Part shown: positions 1 through 9,319 of the stretch, piece after piece
Layout: the number at the start of each line of letters is the position of its first letter
Numbering within the stretch: position 1 is the first letter of the stretch
NCBI GenBank assembly: GCA_001275005.1
Contig: JWZX01003330.1
Coordinates: 1 to 34,702 of the forward strand
From: Chrysochromulina tobinii
Taxonomy: Eukaryota
DNA length: 34,702 nucleotides
Reading direction: 5' to 3'
Made by a program: the position numbers and the translations under genes
The notes under the pieces: generated by a model
Seen by the model: the letters and a program-made list of their open reading frames with translations, nothing else
What the model was told of the DNA's origin: nothing
Database searches by the model: none

Positions 1-783
1 TACCTGCTCTCCTATGTTGGGTGCTGGGTGCGCTCACGCTGCTCAACCTCGCGGGGGCGGAAGCTGTGGCCGCGGTGTCCAATGCCGCCATGTACCTCGA
101 TCAATGTCGAGTCATAGCGGCAATAGGGCTCCGCGTTGTGTGCTTGTGTGCAGCGGCCGGCCTTTGTTGGGCTGGCAGGCGCCGCCCGCGCTCGAGGTAT
201 GAAACCCATTATCTTCTCGTACATGATGGCTTAGCTGCCCTTAGTGTGATGGCGCGATCGTTGGCAAACCTATCACTGTAGTACCTTTGAGTGTTTTCTC
301 CACGCCATAGGTATATACCTCCGCGCGTAGAAATAGTTACTAAGTACGCCCGTACGGTCTACGCCGTCAATATACACGGCGCGTCCACAAAACCGTCACC
401 CCCTTGCCCTTCGCGACGAAACATCGACCGACGAAACGACCCCCAAACCCGACCGTGGACCGACCTCGGCCGCATTCTCGGACGAAACCGCGTGCTTGCA
501 TATGGCCCAGTATGTTTCCCGCACTCCGGAGTGTCAGGTGCGTCTGCCAGTGAGCAGTGTCAGACTTATGATTCAGCGTCACAGTGCACGACGGGCTTCG
601 TCAAAGATTCGTCAGGAGTTCATCAGTTTCATCAATTAATTAAAATCTCGCGAAGCATATAGAGACCTGCCAAAGTGCCAATCCCAGTCGTGTCTGAATC
701 GCCTCTCAAATCCAGACGGACTAGTGTGCACAGATGTAGCACAGATGGAGCGCAAAATATATGTTCTAATAGAAATGGGCAAA

Positions 784-1100
784 TGGCTCGTCCCTTACTT
801 GGCTGGTTCAGACCAAAATTTCTGGTTCGTACCATCAAAAAGTGGTATTCACCAGCAACGCGGTTCGAACCACACTGCTGGTCCAAACCACGTGTTCTTG
901 ATTCAAACCGGAAATTCAGGTTCAAACCAGCCAAAGTGGTGTGAACCACGAAGCTGGTTCATACCACTTATTTCTGGTTTGTACCGGCAAAGTGGTTCAA
1001 ACCACTAAACAGTGGTACGAACGCGTCGGTGGTCCAAACCACTTTGGGCTGGTCCGGACCACTTTTCCTGGTTCAAACCACGAAAACCTGGTCCATCCCT
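784..1100. repeat. Array of ~17 imperfect 12-bp palindromes (TGGTnnnnACCA, consensus TGGTTCAAACCA) with 5-8 bp variable spacers
   Basis: Units start at 784, 804, 823, 843, 861, 879, 899, 918, 937, 955, 975, 993, 1013, 1030, 1050, 1069 and 1089 (period 17-20 bp). The first and last units are degenerate. Confidence 0.85.
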
Positions 1101-1652
1101 AGTTTTTTCCGGTTGCTAAGAACGCGGGTGCGCGGTAGTCGAGCTAGTACGGTGTACGAAACCCGCACCCGGGCCGCAGCGCCGTCGGAGTCGCGCGGCG
1201 GCCCCGGTCCACACATGCTTCCACATCCCTCAGCCGGCGGGTCCGCCCCCCCGCCGCGCTCGGCTGTGATCGGGCCGCGGCCGGGTCGCTCGGTCCAGCG
1301 GTCTCAAGTTTATGTGTTTATGAAAGTTCATCCGCTTCGCGCGATATCCGAGCACCGAGGTCGGCCGGGGTCCGGTCCGCGCCGGTAAGACGTAACTTAC
1401 CCGACGTCGTAAGTTTTAGTTTATGCGTCGAACTCGTATGTCGTGTATTGAATAGAGCCACATCCCCAAACAACGGTTGTACGTTGTACTTGTTGAGCTT
1501 TGAGCACGTACTACTGTACCCAACTCCACACACGACAGAGCGACGTCACCCAGACGAGAGGCGCTGCAGGGAAAAGCGACGAATGGAGTACCCGATCCAG
1601 TCGGAAGCGTCTCGCAGTCTCGCGACGTCGTCACAGACGCGCAAGCGAACCC

Positions 1653-1832
1653 TCACTCCACCTCAAGGTTCTTCTGCTTAATGGCGAAGCGCGATGGCGT
1701 CTTCTTTGGGTTGTCGTAGTAGTCGCGCAGCGTGACAAACATGGTGAGAGGGGCGCACATGACGAAGATGGCCCCATACGCCTGGATCACCGACAGAATA
1801 CTCTGCCCGAGGGGCAAACCCTTGACAGGCAT
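1653..1832 (-). CDS. 59-aa single-pass membrane microprotein (MPVKGLPLGQSILSVIQAYGAIFVMCAPLTMFVTLRDYYDNPKKTPSRFAIKQKNLEVE)
   Basis: Manually translated; it is below the ORF-track length cutoff. GCC-ATG start context, GC3-rich codons like neighbouring genes, one hydrophobic segment (about aa 11-35) followed by a charged tail, TGA stop at 1653-1655. Confidence 0.65.
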   Translation of the reverse strand: MPVKGLPLGQSILSVIQAYGAIFVMCAPLTMFVTLRDYYDNPKKTPSRFAIKQKNLEVE

Positions 1833-2236
1833 GGCGTGATGTAAAACGTGGGCTGCTGCGAATAGAAGTGATTCGAACGTGCAACGTGAAGGCGCAGACG
1901 GCTGATCGCCACACTCGCACTCCGAAGTGTCAAGGCTGCCTCAATGTCTGCCGTGCAGTGTACGGTGTACGGCACGGCAACGTTGCCGGTCATACGGTAA
2001 ACGGTGTCAGACACTGGCTAGCTCGTGCGGCAGGGCGGGACGGAAGAGGGTGATCGCTCAGTTCCGCTCCCTTCGCTCGACGCACCCTCGTGCGTGTGAC
2101 ACACCCGCGAGGACGAGCAACAAACTTGGCCTGAAAACTTTGTGTGTGTGAATTAAAAACAGGACCACACACAGGCTCATGCAAGTGAGTAAGTGAGTGA
2201 GTGCTTACTCTCACTTGATGTTCTGCCCATGGAGTG

Positions 2237-2658
2237 TAAGTCAAGTCAAGTCAGTCAAGTCATTCGTGATTCGTGATTCTAGTAGGCTTCCGTATCCGCT
2301 TAATTCAATATTACGGGATTATGGGACCAAGATTACGAGATAGAACCGCGAGGGCGCCCCCCTGCGCAACGCAACGCACGTACGCACGCACGTCGCACGC
2401 GCCCGGCCGCCCGGCAACGCGGCCCGCAAAACCCCCGCCAACCCCCGCGGGATCAAGGCTTCCTTGTAAAGGACTAACGGTTCCACGGTACTTGTGCACG
2501 GTCGTGGAATGCCGGGCCCGGATGGGCTCGCAGTCAAGTCAAGTCACTTCAGAAACAACAGACAACCTACGTACATGTAACGAATGACCGGGCGAATGAC
2601 TTGACTCAGGACTTGTGAGCGTGGGGGGACCGCGATGAAACTGAACTGAACTGAACTG
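2237..2658. repeat. Pentamer microsatellites (AAGTC)n at ~2237-2261 and ~2532-2546, inverted TGACT at ~2597-2606, and (AACTG)n at 2639-2658
   Basis: Read directly. The same AAGTC/GACTT motif recurs at 28311-28350. Confidence 0.8.
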
Positions 2659-2746
2659 GACTTGTTTATGTCTAGGGCTCGGTCTCACGTTCTCACGCAC
2701 ATAGCTCACAGAGGCATTGTCCTGAGGGAGCACAAACAAGTCCAGG

Positions 2747-5700
2747 ATGTTGGTTTATCTTGTGTGTTTCGTCGCACTGTTAATAAGCCCAGATACGGTC
2801 TGTAGACGTCTGTACACTGTACTTTTAAAGGGGCCGAAGTTTGACCTCGAACTTCCTGATCGCGTTGAACTTTGGTCTCACACACTTCGCACGTGTGTGT
2901 GGGTTGCAGACTCACATCCCGTGCCGCCGTTCTCGCTGCCGCCGCCTGCTGGTGCGATGCACGACATGATCGAGTACCCCAACTGGGCCGTCCAGACGGG
3001 GGGTACCGGTACTGTCCGTGGCTTCGGCATCGCGCACGATGCCCGGCTAAGCCCCGATTTTCAACGTGACGGTGCGCTCGTGACGGGGGACTTCAGTGGC
3101 AACGCTTCATTCGGCTCGACGTTACTCACGAGCCGAGGCAAGGAAGACGCTTTCGTGATGCACGTGACGGCAGTGGGTGCCATTGACTGGGCCGTCCAGG
3201 CGGGCGGCGCGTCCCATGACCAAGGCATCAGCATTGCGCACGATGGCGCTGGCGGTGCGTTCGTGACGGGCTCCTTCAGCGATAAAGCATCGTTCGGTTC
3301 GACGTTACTCACGACGAGCCGTAGCACCGAAGCCGTTTTCGTGATGCACGTGACGGAGTCGGGCGCCATCGACTGGGCCGTCCAGGCGGTCGGCTCATCT
3401 TCTTCCTACGGCATCGCGCACGATGGCGTGGGCGGTGCTCTCGTGGCGGGCTACTTCAGCGGCAAAGCATCGTTCGGATCGACGCCATTCACGAGCCGCG
3501 GCGAAGAAGACGCTTTCGTGATGCACGTGACGGCGTCGGGCGCCATCGACTGGGCCGTCCAGGCGGTCGGCTCATCTCATTCCTGTGGCATCGCCTACGA
3601 TGGCGCGGGCGGTGCTCTCGTGACGGGCTACTTCAGGGGTAACGTATTATTCGGCTCTACGTCACTCACGAGCCGCGGCATGGCAGTGACAGACACTTTC
3701 GTGATGCACGTGACGGCGTCGGGTGCCATCGACTGGGCCGTCCAGGCGGCTGGCGAGTCCGCCACCGACAGCAACGGCATCGCGTACGATGGCGCGGGGG
3801 GTGCTCTCGTGACGGGGGACTTCAGAGGCAAGGCATCGTTCGGCTCGACGTCGCTCACCAGCCGAGGCAGTACCGACGCTTATGTGATGCACGTGACGGC
3901 GTCGGGCGCCATCGACTGGGTCGTCCAGGCGGGCGGCGAGTCTGTTACAAGCAAAGGCATCGCGTACGATGGCGCGGGGGGTGCCCTCGTGACGGGGGAC
4001 TTCAGAGGCAAGGCATCGTTCGGCTCGACGTCGCTCACCAGCCGAGGCAGTCTCGACACTTTCGTGATGCACGTGACGGCATCGGGGGCCATCAACTGGG
4101 TCGTCCAGACGGGCGGCAGCTCCGTCAGCCCCCGCGCCATCGCGCACGACGGCGCGGGACACGCTCTTGTGACGGGCCACTTCAGCGGCACCGCATCGTT
4201 CGGCTCAACGACACTCACAAGCCTTGGGAATGCAGCAACTATGGGGGTAGGTCTTACCTACCCCCTTACAGCAACCTGCTTTGTTGCTTCGCTCAGGCCG
4301 CCTCCGGATCTACCACCGCCTCTAGATCTACCACCGCCTCCGGATCTACCATCGCCTCCGGATCTACCACCGCCCCTGGATCTACCACCGCCTCCGGATC
4401 TACCATCGCCTCCGGATCTACCATCGCCTCCGGATCTACCACCGCCTCCGGATCTACTTCTGCTGCCTCCGCCCCCGCCGCCAGCGCCAGCGCCTTTGCA
4501 TCCCCCCCCACGAGGCTCCGCTCCAAAGTCATCTCTGGCGCCAGATGCGCGTGGCACGCTGGCTTTCTTCGAGCAGCCTGAAGCTGCGGTGGGTGCCCTC
4601 GCAACCAGTCTGGCACTTCTGGGACTGCTGTTGCTGGGCGTCTATTGTCGCTCTCGCCGTCTGGCCGACAACTTTCGAGTCTCGCTCGACCGCCGCGAGC
4701 TCGACCTGCAGTTGCTCGAACACCGCTTCAAACAGAAGGCTCATCCGCAATCGGACGAGGCACCTGGGAGCGTGTGTCAGGCTGGGCGCCCACCGTCTGA
4801 GTCTCCGCCCAACTCAATCCCGCCCGCCCCCCCTTCCTCAACTGGCAGCGGCCGACGCGGCAGCAATGGCAGTGGTGCTGGAAGCGATGCTGGGAGCTCA
4901 AGGGGTGGAAGGGGTTGTGGGAGCTCGACGGCGGGCTCGGAGGTGGCCTCGGATGCAGGCGCGACCTCACTTGCCCGCGATGGCGGAGGGGGCGGCAGAG
5001 GTGGAGGCGAACCAGCCAACGGACCCGAGCCCGACACTGTGCAATATGCCGTCACAGGACCTCCGGTCGTGGAAGATGATGCAAGGAGCTTCGTGGTGCA
5101 AGTCTGGGCGTTTATCGCTGCCAATATGGCCTTGTTCAAGGAATCGCTTGATACGACGGAGAAGCGCTACGCGTATACTTTGGATAGGCTCGAACGGGCC
5201 GTGACGGACCTCGAGGTGACCGTGCTCGTGACAGGTTGCATCGTCGAGCCCGCGACACAACGTATGCACTGGAATCGGCACATAAGGTCTGTTCACCACG
5301 AAGTCTTCATCCCGCAGCAGCTGGCCGACAATCAGCTCGATGGCACGGTCATCATCCGGCCGATTCCATCCTCTTCACAGCACCCCATCCTCTTCAAGGC
5401 ACCCTTCAAAATCTTCCGCAGAGCCCAGAGCATGCAGCCTCTCACCTCGCCGTATCCTCATACCGGCTCGAGCGTGCTCCAGGGATCTGATGATATCCTC
5501 CAGAGGCTCAATGAGATCCAGCACCAGCTCTGCATCCAGCAGGAGCAGATTGCCACGGCCGTCTCCGCCGGCTTATCCGCAAGCGCCACTGCCGGTCGCG
5601 CATCGTGCACTGCACACGACGCGGCCGCGGCCGCCCAGGCACTGCAGAGGAAGCTAGGGGTGCGTCCCGATCTCGTCGAGGGGGTGAAGCGGGCGAGCGT

Positions 5701-6616
5701 GCGCATTGGCCTCCTCGACCGCGCCACGTGCCGGCTCCTCGAGCTCGGATCCGGCACCATCATCAACGCCGGAGCGGGTGCGCCGAGGAACCAGGTGCTC
5801 ACCGTGGCCCACCTCTTCGTCGATCCATTCGAGCTAGGCAACCCACACTACCTCGAACCGATCTGGACCAGAATTGGGCATCCAGCAGCCATTGACTGGA
5901 CGTCCGACGCGGCGCCGCTGATCCTGGCGATTGGGATGTGGGAGGCGGACGATCAGCCCTCACGATGGATGTGGTGGGCCGAGCTCGTCACCCCCCTCGC
6001 CACGCTGCAGGAAAGGTGCCAGAGTCCCCATGCACCCCACAGCATGACGCACTTGCTTGATCTGGCCGTGCTTCGCATCTGCGGCCGCCTCGAGCTCACG
6101 CCTGACGTCTTCCAAGGCTTCGGGATGGACTACTCGTACTCGGTCGTCGCGAAGTATCCAGCGATGGCCAGCCTCGCTGGGGCGAGCTCACCGCTCCCTT
6201 CCGGGCTCGAGCTCGGAGATCCCGACGCGCTCCAGGTCAATGTAGACGTGATCACCGTCTTCGGATGGTTCTCACCCGCGGGGGAAGTCACGCTCTTCGC
6301 GCCCCAAGCGATGACCTTGGCTGCCAAGAGCAACGGGCTGCTGCACGCATCGGTCGTGCTGCACAGCGGAGGCAGCGGCGGCGCCGCTGTCGATCATCTT
6401 GGCCGCGTGGTGGCCGTGAACTGGAGAGCGCGCCCGCCAGAGCTGCCACCGAAGAAGAACTACATGGCCTACATGCGACAGGTGAGCTGGCTGTTGCCTG
6501 AGCATGGTCTTGTCTCTTCGGTCGTGCCAGCGATGCCGGGCAGCGCATTGAATCCTTCTGGGCATTCGTCGGACGCTGCGCTCGATCGCGAGAACCATGA
6601 TCCCATGCAGCTCTAG
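2747..6616 (+). CDS. Receptor-like membrane protein: 7 SBBP-like beta-propeller repeats, Pro-rich stalk, TM helix, C-terminal trypsin-like serine peptidase domain
   Basis: 1289-aa ORF with a hydrophobic N-terminus. Seven ~60-aa repeats (W[AV]VQ..GIA[HY]DG.GG..VTG.F.G...FGST). PPDLP repeats at ~4298-4460 and TM AAVGALATSLALLGLLLLGVYC at ~4583-4650. Triad motifs VLTVAH (~5810), DLAVL (~6059) and HSGGSGG-AVD-GRVVAV (~6374). The exact 5' structure (possible intron ~2800-2909) is uncertain. Confidence 0.8.
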   Translation: MLVYLVCFVALLISPDTVCRRLYTVLLKGPKFDLELPDRVELWSHTLRTCVWVADSHPVPPFSLPPPAGAMHDMIEYPNWAVQTGGTGTVRGFGIAHDARLSPDFQRDGALVTGDFSGNASFGSTLLTSRGKEDAFVMHVTAVGAIDWAVQAGGASHDQGISIAHDGAGGAFVTGSFSDKASFGSTLLTTSRSTEAVFVMHVTESGAIDWAVQAVGSSSSYGIAHDGVGGALVAGYFSGKASFGSTPFTSRGEEDAFVMHVTASGAIDWAVQAVGSSHSCGIAYDGAGGALVTGYFRGNVLFGSTSLTSRGMAVTDTFVMHVTASGAIDWAVQAAGESATDSNGIAYDGAGGALVTGDFRGKASFGSTSLTSRGSTDAYVMHVTASGAIDWVVQAGGESVTSKGIAYDGAGGALVTGDFRGKASFGSTSLTSRGSLDTFVMHVTASGAINWVVQTGGSSVSPRAIAHDGAGHALVTGHFSGTASFGSTTLTSLGNAATMGVGLTYPLTATCFVASLRPPPDLPPPLDLPPPPDLPSPPDLPPPLDLPPPPDLPSPPDLPSPPDLPPPPDLLLLPPPPPPAPAPLHPPPRGSAPKSSLAPDARGTLAFFEQPEAAVGALATSLALLGLLLLGVYCRSRRLADNFRVSLDRRELDLQLLEHRFKQKAHPQSDEAPGSVCQAGRPPSESPPNSIPPAPPSSTGSGRRGSNGSGAGSDAGSSRGGRGCGSSTAGSEVASDAGATSLARDGGGGGRGGGEPANGPEPDTVQYAVTGPPVVEDDARSFVVQVWAFIAANMALFKESLDTTEKRYAYTLDRLERAVTDLEVTVLVTGCIVEPATQRMHWNRHIRSVHHEVFIPQQLADNQLDGTVIIRPIPSSSQHPILFKAPFKIFRRAQSMQPLTSPYPHTGSSVLQGSDDILQRLNEIQHQLCIQQEQIATAVSAGLSASATAGRASCTAHDAAAAAQALQRKLGVRPDLVEGVKRASVRIGLLDRATCRLLELGSGTIINAGAGAPRNQVLTVAHLFVDPFELGNPHYLEPIWTRIGHPAAIDWTSDAAPLILAIGMWEADDQPSRWMWWAELVTPLATLQERCQSPHAPHSMTHLLDLAVLRICGRLELTPDVFQGFGMDYSYSVVAKYPAMASLAGASSPLPSGLELGDPDALQVNVDVITVFGWFSPAGEVTLFAPQAMTLAAKSNGLLHASVVLHSGGSGGAAVDHLGRVVAVNWRARPPELPPKKNYMAYMRQVSWLLPEHGLVSSVVPAMPGSALNPSGHSSDAALDRENHDPMQL
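4298..4460 (+). repeat. 18-bp coding minisatellite (CCTCCGGATCTACCA[CT]CG) encoding PPDLP[PS]
   Basis: About 9 tandem units read directly. Confidence 0.9.
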
Positions 6617-7237
6617 CATGCTCCCGTGCAGTTCGTTCATGCTCCCGTGCAGCTCTAGCATGCTCCCACGTCCCGTGCAGTTCGAGCCTGGTAGCCTGAC
6701 GCCGCTCGACGCAGAGAGCTTGGTCATCTGCCGGACCGGGTCCGAGAGTAGTGTACTCTCGCCGCCCTCAACCGAACGTATGTGATAGCCATCCCTGGTG
6801 GTATACGCTGGACGCGTCGCTGACTGTGTGACTGTGACTCCACCGCGGTGGCGGCGTGGGCGTTTAAAGGCTGCACCCCTTATAAAGTTAGGTCGGTTAG
6901 CCGTTAGCCGTTAGCGGCTGGACTTAGGCTGCACCGGCCCCGTAGCCCGTACGCGCCGCCCCGCCCGGCCTAATCCCTAAATGCGACGCTCGAAAAGAAA
7001 CGACGAAATGGCGGTGGCGGGCAACGGTGCCGTAACGGTGCGCTATCCGGATGCGGATCCTATCAAGTGTCTGCTGCGGTCCGGTCTGAACCGGGGATGC
7101 ACTATTACGGGACCCGGCGACCCGACCCGCGACCGGACCGTGACTAGTGACTTATCTCGTCTCAACGGAACGTGATCCCGCCGCCGCCTCGTCCTCTATG
7201 CTCTAATAAGGAAGTTCTAGAACTGCGTCTCGCTCTC

Positions 7238-9319
7238 TCATGACATCCAAGGTGCGCTGGAGCGGGCGCACGAATTCACGAATTCGCGAATTCCTAAAGC
7301 GGCACGGATCTCCGCCTCACGCTGCGACAATGAGGCTCGCCGCGACTGCGGCGGGCCTCTGGCATGATAAAAGAGCGCCCGTTGCGAAGCCGTCGCCGCT
7401 GCCACCACTCGCGCCTCCTCATCTGCGGCCACTCTGGCGGCGTGCTCGGCGAGGGCCTCCTCCACTTCCGCAGCCGTTTGCGCCGCCTCCTTCGCAGCAA
7501 CCTTAGCTGCCTCGGCTTCTGCCGCCGCCACCTCCGCCGCGAGCGCTGACGCGTAGTCCAGGACCTTACTGCGCGCCTCAAGATAGCCGAGAGTGGCGCT
7601 CCGAGAGTGGCGCTCGGCTATCCGCGCGCTCATGACCTCTGCCTTGCGCTCGAGCTTGGCTGCCAGCTGTTCGGCGAGCACGGGTTCAAACGGGTCGGGC
7701 GCCACCGCCAAGCGGAGCATGTTTTGGGTCACGTGCATCCGTCGTAGCTTCCGTTCGAGCGTGCGAACTTCCTTCGCAAGCGCAATCTCTGCAGGCGTCT
7801 GGGAGATAGCGGGCGGCTCTGCTACCGGCTGCGGCGTGTCACTTGTGCTCGTCAAGCCCGCAGCATGCCTCCGCGCATGCGCATCCATGGCCAGACGTAA
7901 CTGCTCCATTTGAATGCCTAGCGACAGTCGCTCTTGAAGCTTCGCAGAGAGCGGGAGAGTTGCCATGTACTCGTCGATCCCTATCAGATCATCTATCCTC
8001 ACCAGATCCTCCACGCTCACGATGCCGTGCTCCTCCAGCACAACCTCCGCCTCGCCTGCCCCTACCTCGTTAAGGAAATTCTTGAATGTGTCGCCCCAAG
8101 TTAGAACCGGAGTTGAATGTGTCGGGAAGACTGCTGGTGGCGGTGGCGGCGGTGGCGGCGGTGGCGGCGGTGGCGGCGGTGGCGGCGGTGGCGGCGGTGG
8201 CGGCGGTGGCGGCGGTGGCGGCGGTGGCATCTCACAGGTGCTCGTCGAGTGCACATGCTCGACGAGGGCCCGTCGTAACTGTTCAATCGAGATGCCCAGG
8301 GACAGACGCTTCTGAAGCACCTCAGACAGAGGCAAAGTCGCCAGCTGCCACAGCTTGATCTCCACCAGATCGTCGACGCTCACGATCCCGCACTCCTTGA
8401 GCACGCCCTCTGCCTCAGCTGCCCCGACCTCATTGAGAAAATTCTTGAAAGCATCCCCCCACCTCAGCCCTACAGCCGGCAGGGCGATGGAGGGTGGCTC
8501 TGCCGACGGCGGTGGCATGTCACTTGAACTCAACGAGTCGGCATCGCAAGTTCGAGCATGACTTTCCAATGCTCGTCGCAGCTGTTCCGTGCGAATGCCC
8601 AGGGACAGTCGCATCTGAAGCTTTTCAGACAGTGGCAGACTCGCCAACTGCTCGTCGTTGATCTCCACCAGATCGTCGACGCTCACGATCCCGCACTCCT
8701 TGAGCACGCCCTCTGCCTCAGCAGCCCCGGCCCCATGGAGAAAATTCCTGAAAATGTCGCCCCACGCCAGCCCTGAACGGTGAGACTCCTTAGGTTTCGG
8801 AGGCTCAGCGTCCGCAATCTCCTCCATCTCCGCATCGCCAAAATCAAGCACTCTTGCGAGCGCCATCTGCTGCCTACGCCGCAGCTGCGCGAGCGCCGTT
8901 GCGTACTCGAGGATGGAGATATCGCCGGTCTCCTTCGCCTCCCTGAGCGCGGCCAGCTGCTCCTCGAAGGAATCTTCCATGGAAGTATGAAGCACCATCG
9001 ATGGACTGCCCACCGGATGCAAATGGTGGCTGGCTGGTGACTCTGGTACCGGCTGGTGACTGTTGGTGGGGCTCGTTGAGTCCGCAGCATGGCGTCGCGC
9101 ACGCTCTCTCAAGGCCCGTCGGTGCGATTCAATGGATATGCCGAGTGACAGTCGCTTCTGCAGCTCCTCCGACAGCGGCAGATCGTCCATGCTCCGCCTC
9201 ACAAGATCGTCCACGCTCACGATGCCGAACTCCTTCAGCACATCCTCCGCCTCACCTGCCCCCACCTCATTGAGAAAATTCTTGAATGTGTCGCCCCACG
9301 CCAGCGACGACATAGGCAT
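7238..9319 (-). CDS. Protein with four SAM-like helical repeats, a SHOCT-like motif, a ~31-residue polyproline tract and a C-terminal coiled coil
   Basis: Four copies of WGD.FKNFL..VGA.EAE.VL.E.GIVSVDDLV...LPLS..LQ.RLSLGI, which fits the SAM-domain pattern. EEQLAALREAKETGDISILEY resembles SHOCT. The ORF-track start at 9442 is GTG; the first ATG is at 9319. Confidence 0.7.
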   Translation of the reverse strand: MPMSSLAWGDTFKNFLNEVGAGEAEDVLKEFGIVSVDDLVRRSMDDLPLSEELQKRLSLGISIESHRRALRERARRHAADSTSPTNSHQPVPESPASHHLHPVGSPSMVLHTSMEDSFEEQLAALREAKETGDISILEYATALAQLRRRQQMALARVLDFGDAEMEEIADAEPPKPKESHRSGLAWGDIFRNFLHGAGAAEAEGVLKECGIVSVDDLVEINDEQLASLPLSEKLQMRLSLGIRTEQLRRALESHARTCDADSLSSSDMPPPSAEPPSIALPAVGLRWGDAFKNFLNEVGAAEAEGVLKECGIVSVDDLVEIKLWQLATLPLSEVLQKRLSLGISIEQLRRALVEHVHSTSTCEMPPPPPPPPPPPPPPPPPPPPPPPPPPPPPPPAVFPTHSTPVLTWGDTFKNFLNEVGAGEAEVVLEEHGIVSVEDLVRIDDLIGIDEYMATLPLSAKLQERLSLGIQMEQLRLAMDAHARRHAAGLTSTSDTPQPVAEPPAISQTPAEIALAKEVRTLERKLRRMHVTQNMLRLAVAPDPFEPVLAEQLAAKLERKAEVMSARIAERHSRSATLGYLEARSKVLDYASALAAEVAAAEAEAAKVAAKEAAQTAAEVEEALAEHAARVAADEEARVVAAATASQRALFYHARGPPQSRRASLSQREAEIRAALGIREFVNSCARSSAPWMS
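8135..8228. repeat. (GGCGGTGGC)n trinucleotide-type repeat encoding polyproline on the minus strand
   Basis: Read directly. Confidence 0.95.

Noticed and set aside
21..281. 86-aa hydrophobic ORF at the window start
   Set aside because: Non-ATG start, no recognisable motif, and truncated context. It could be the tail of an upstream gene but cannot be supported.
855..880. tRNA gene suggested by GGTTCGAACC (T-loop-like)
   Set aside because: No cloverleaf, A-box/D-arm or acceptor stem can be formed; it is one unit of the palindrome array.
784..1100. CRISPR array
   Set aside because: Repeats are only 12 bp and degenerate, spacers are 5-8 bp, no cas genes are present, and the context is eukaryotic.
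7965..8358. Poly-Gly, (AAV)n and (HRR)n ORFs
   Set aside because: Alternative-frame and antisense readings of the polyproline repeat.
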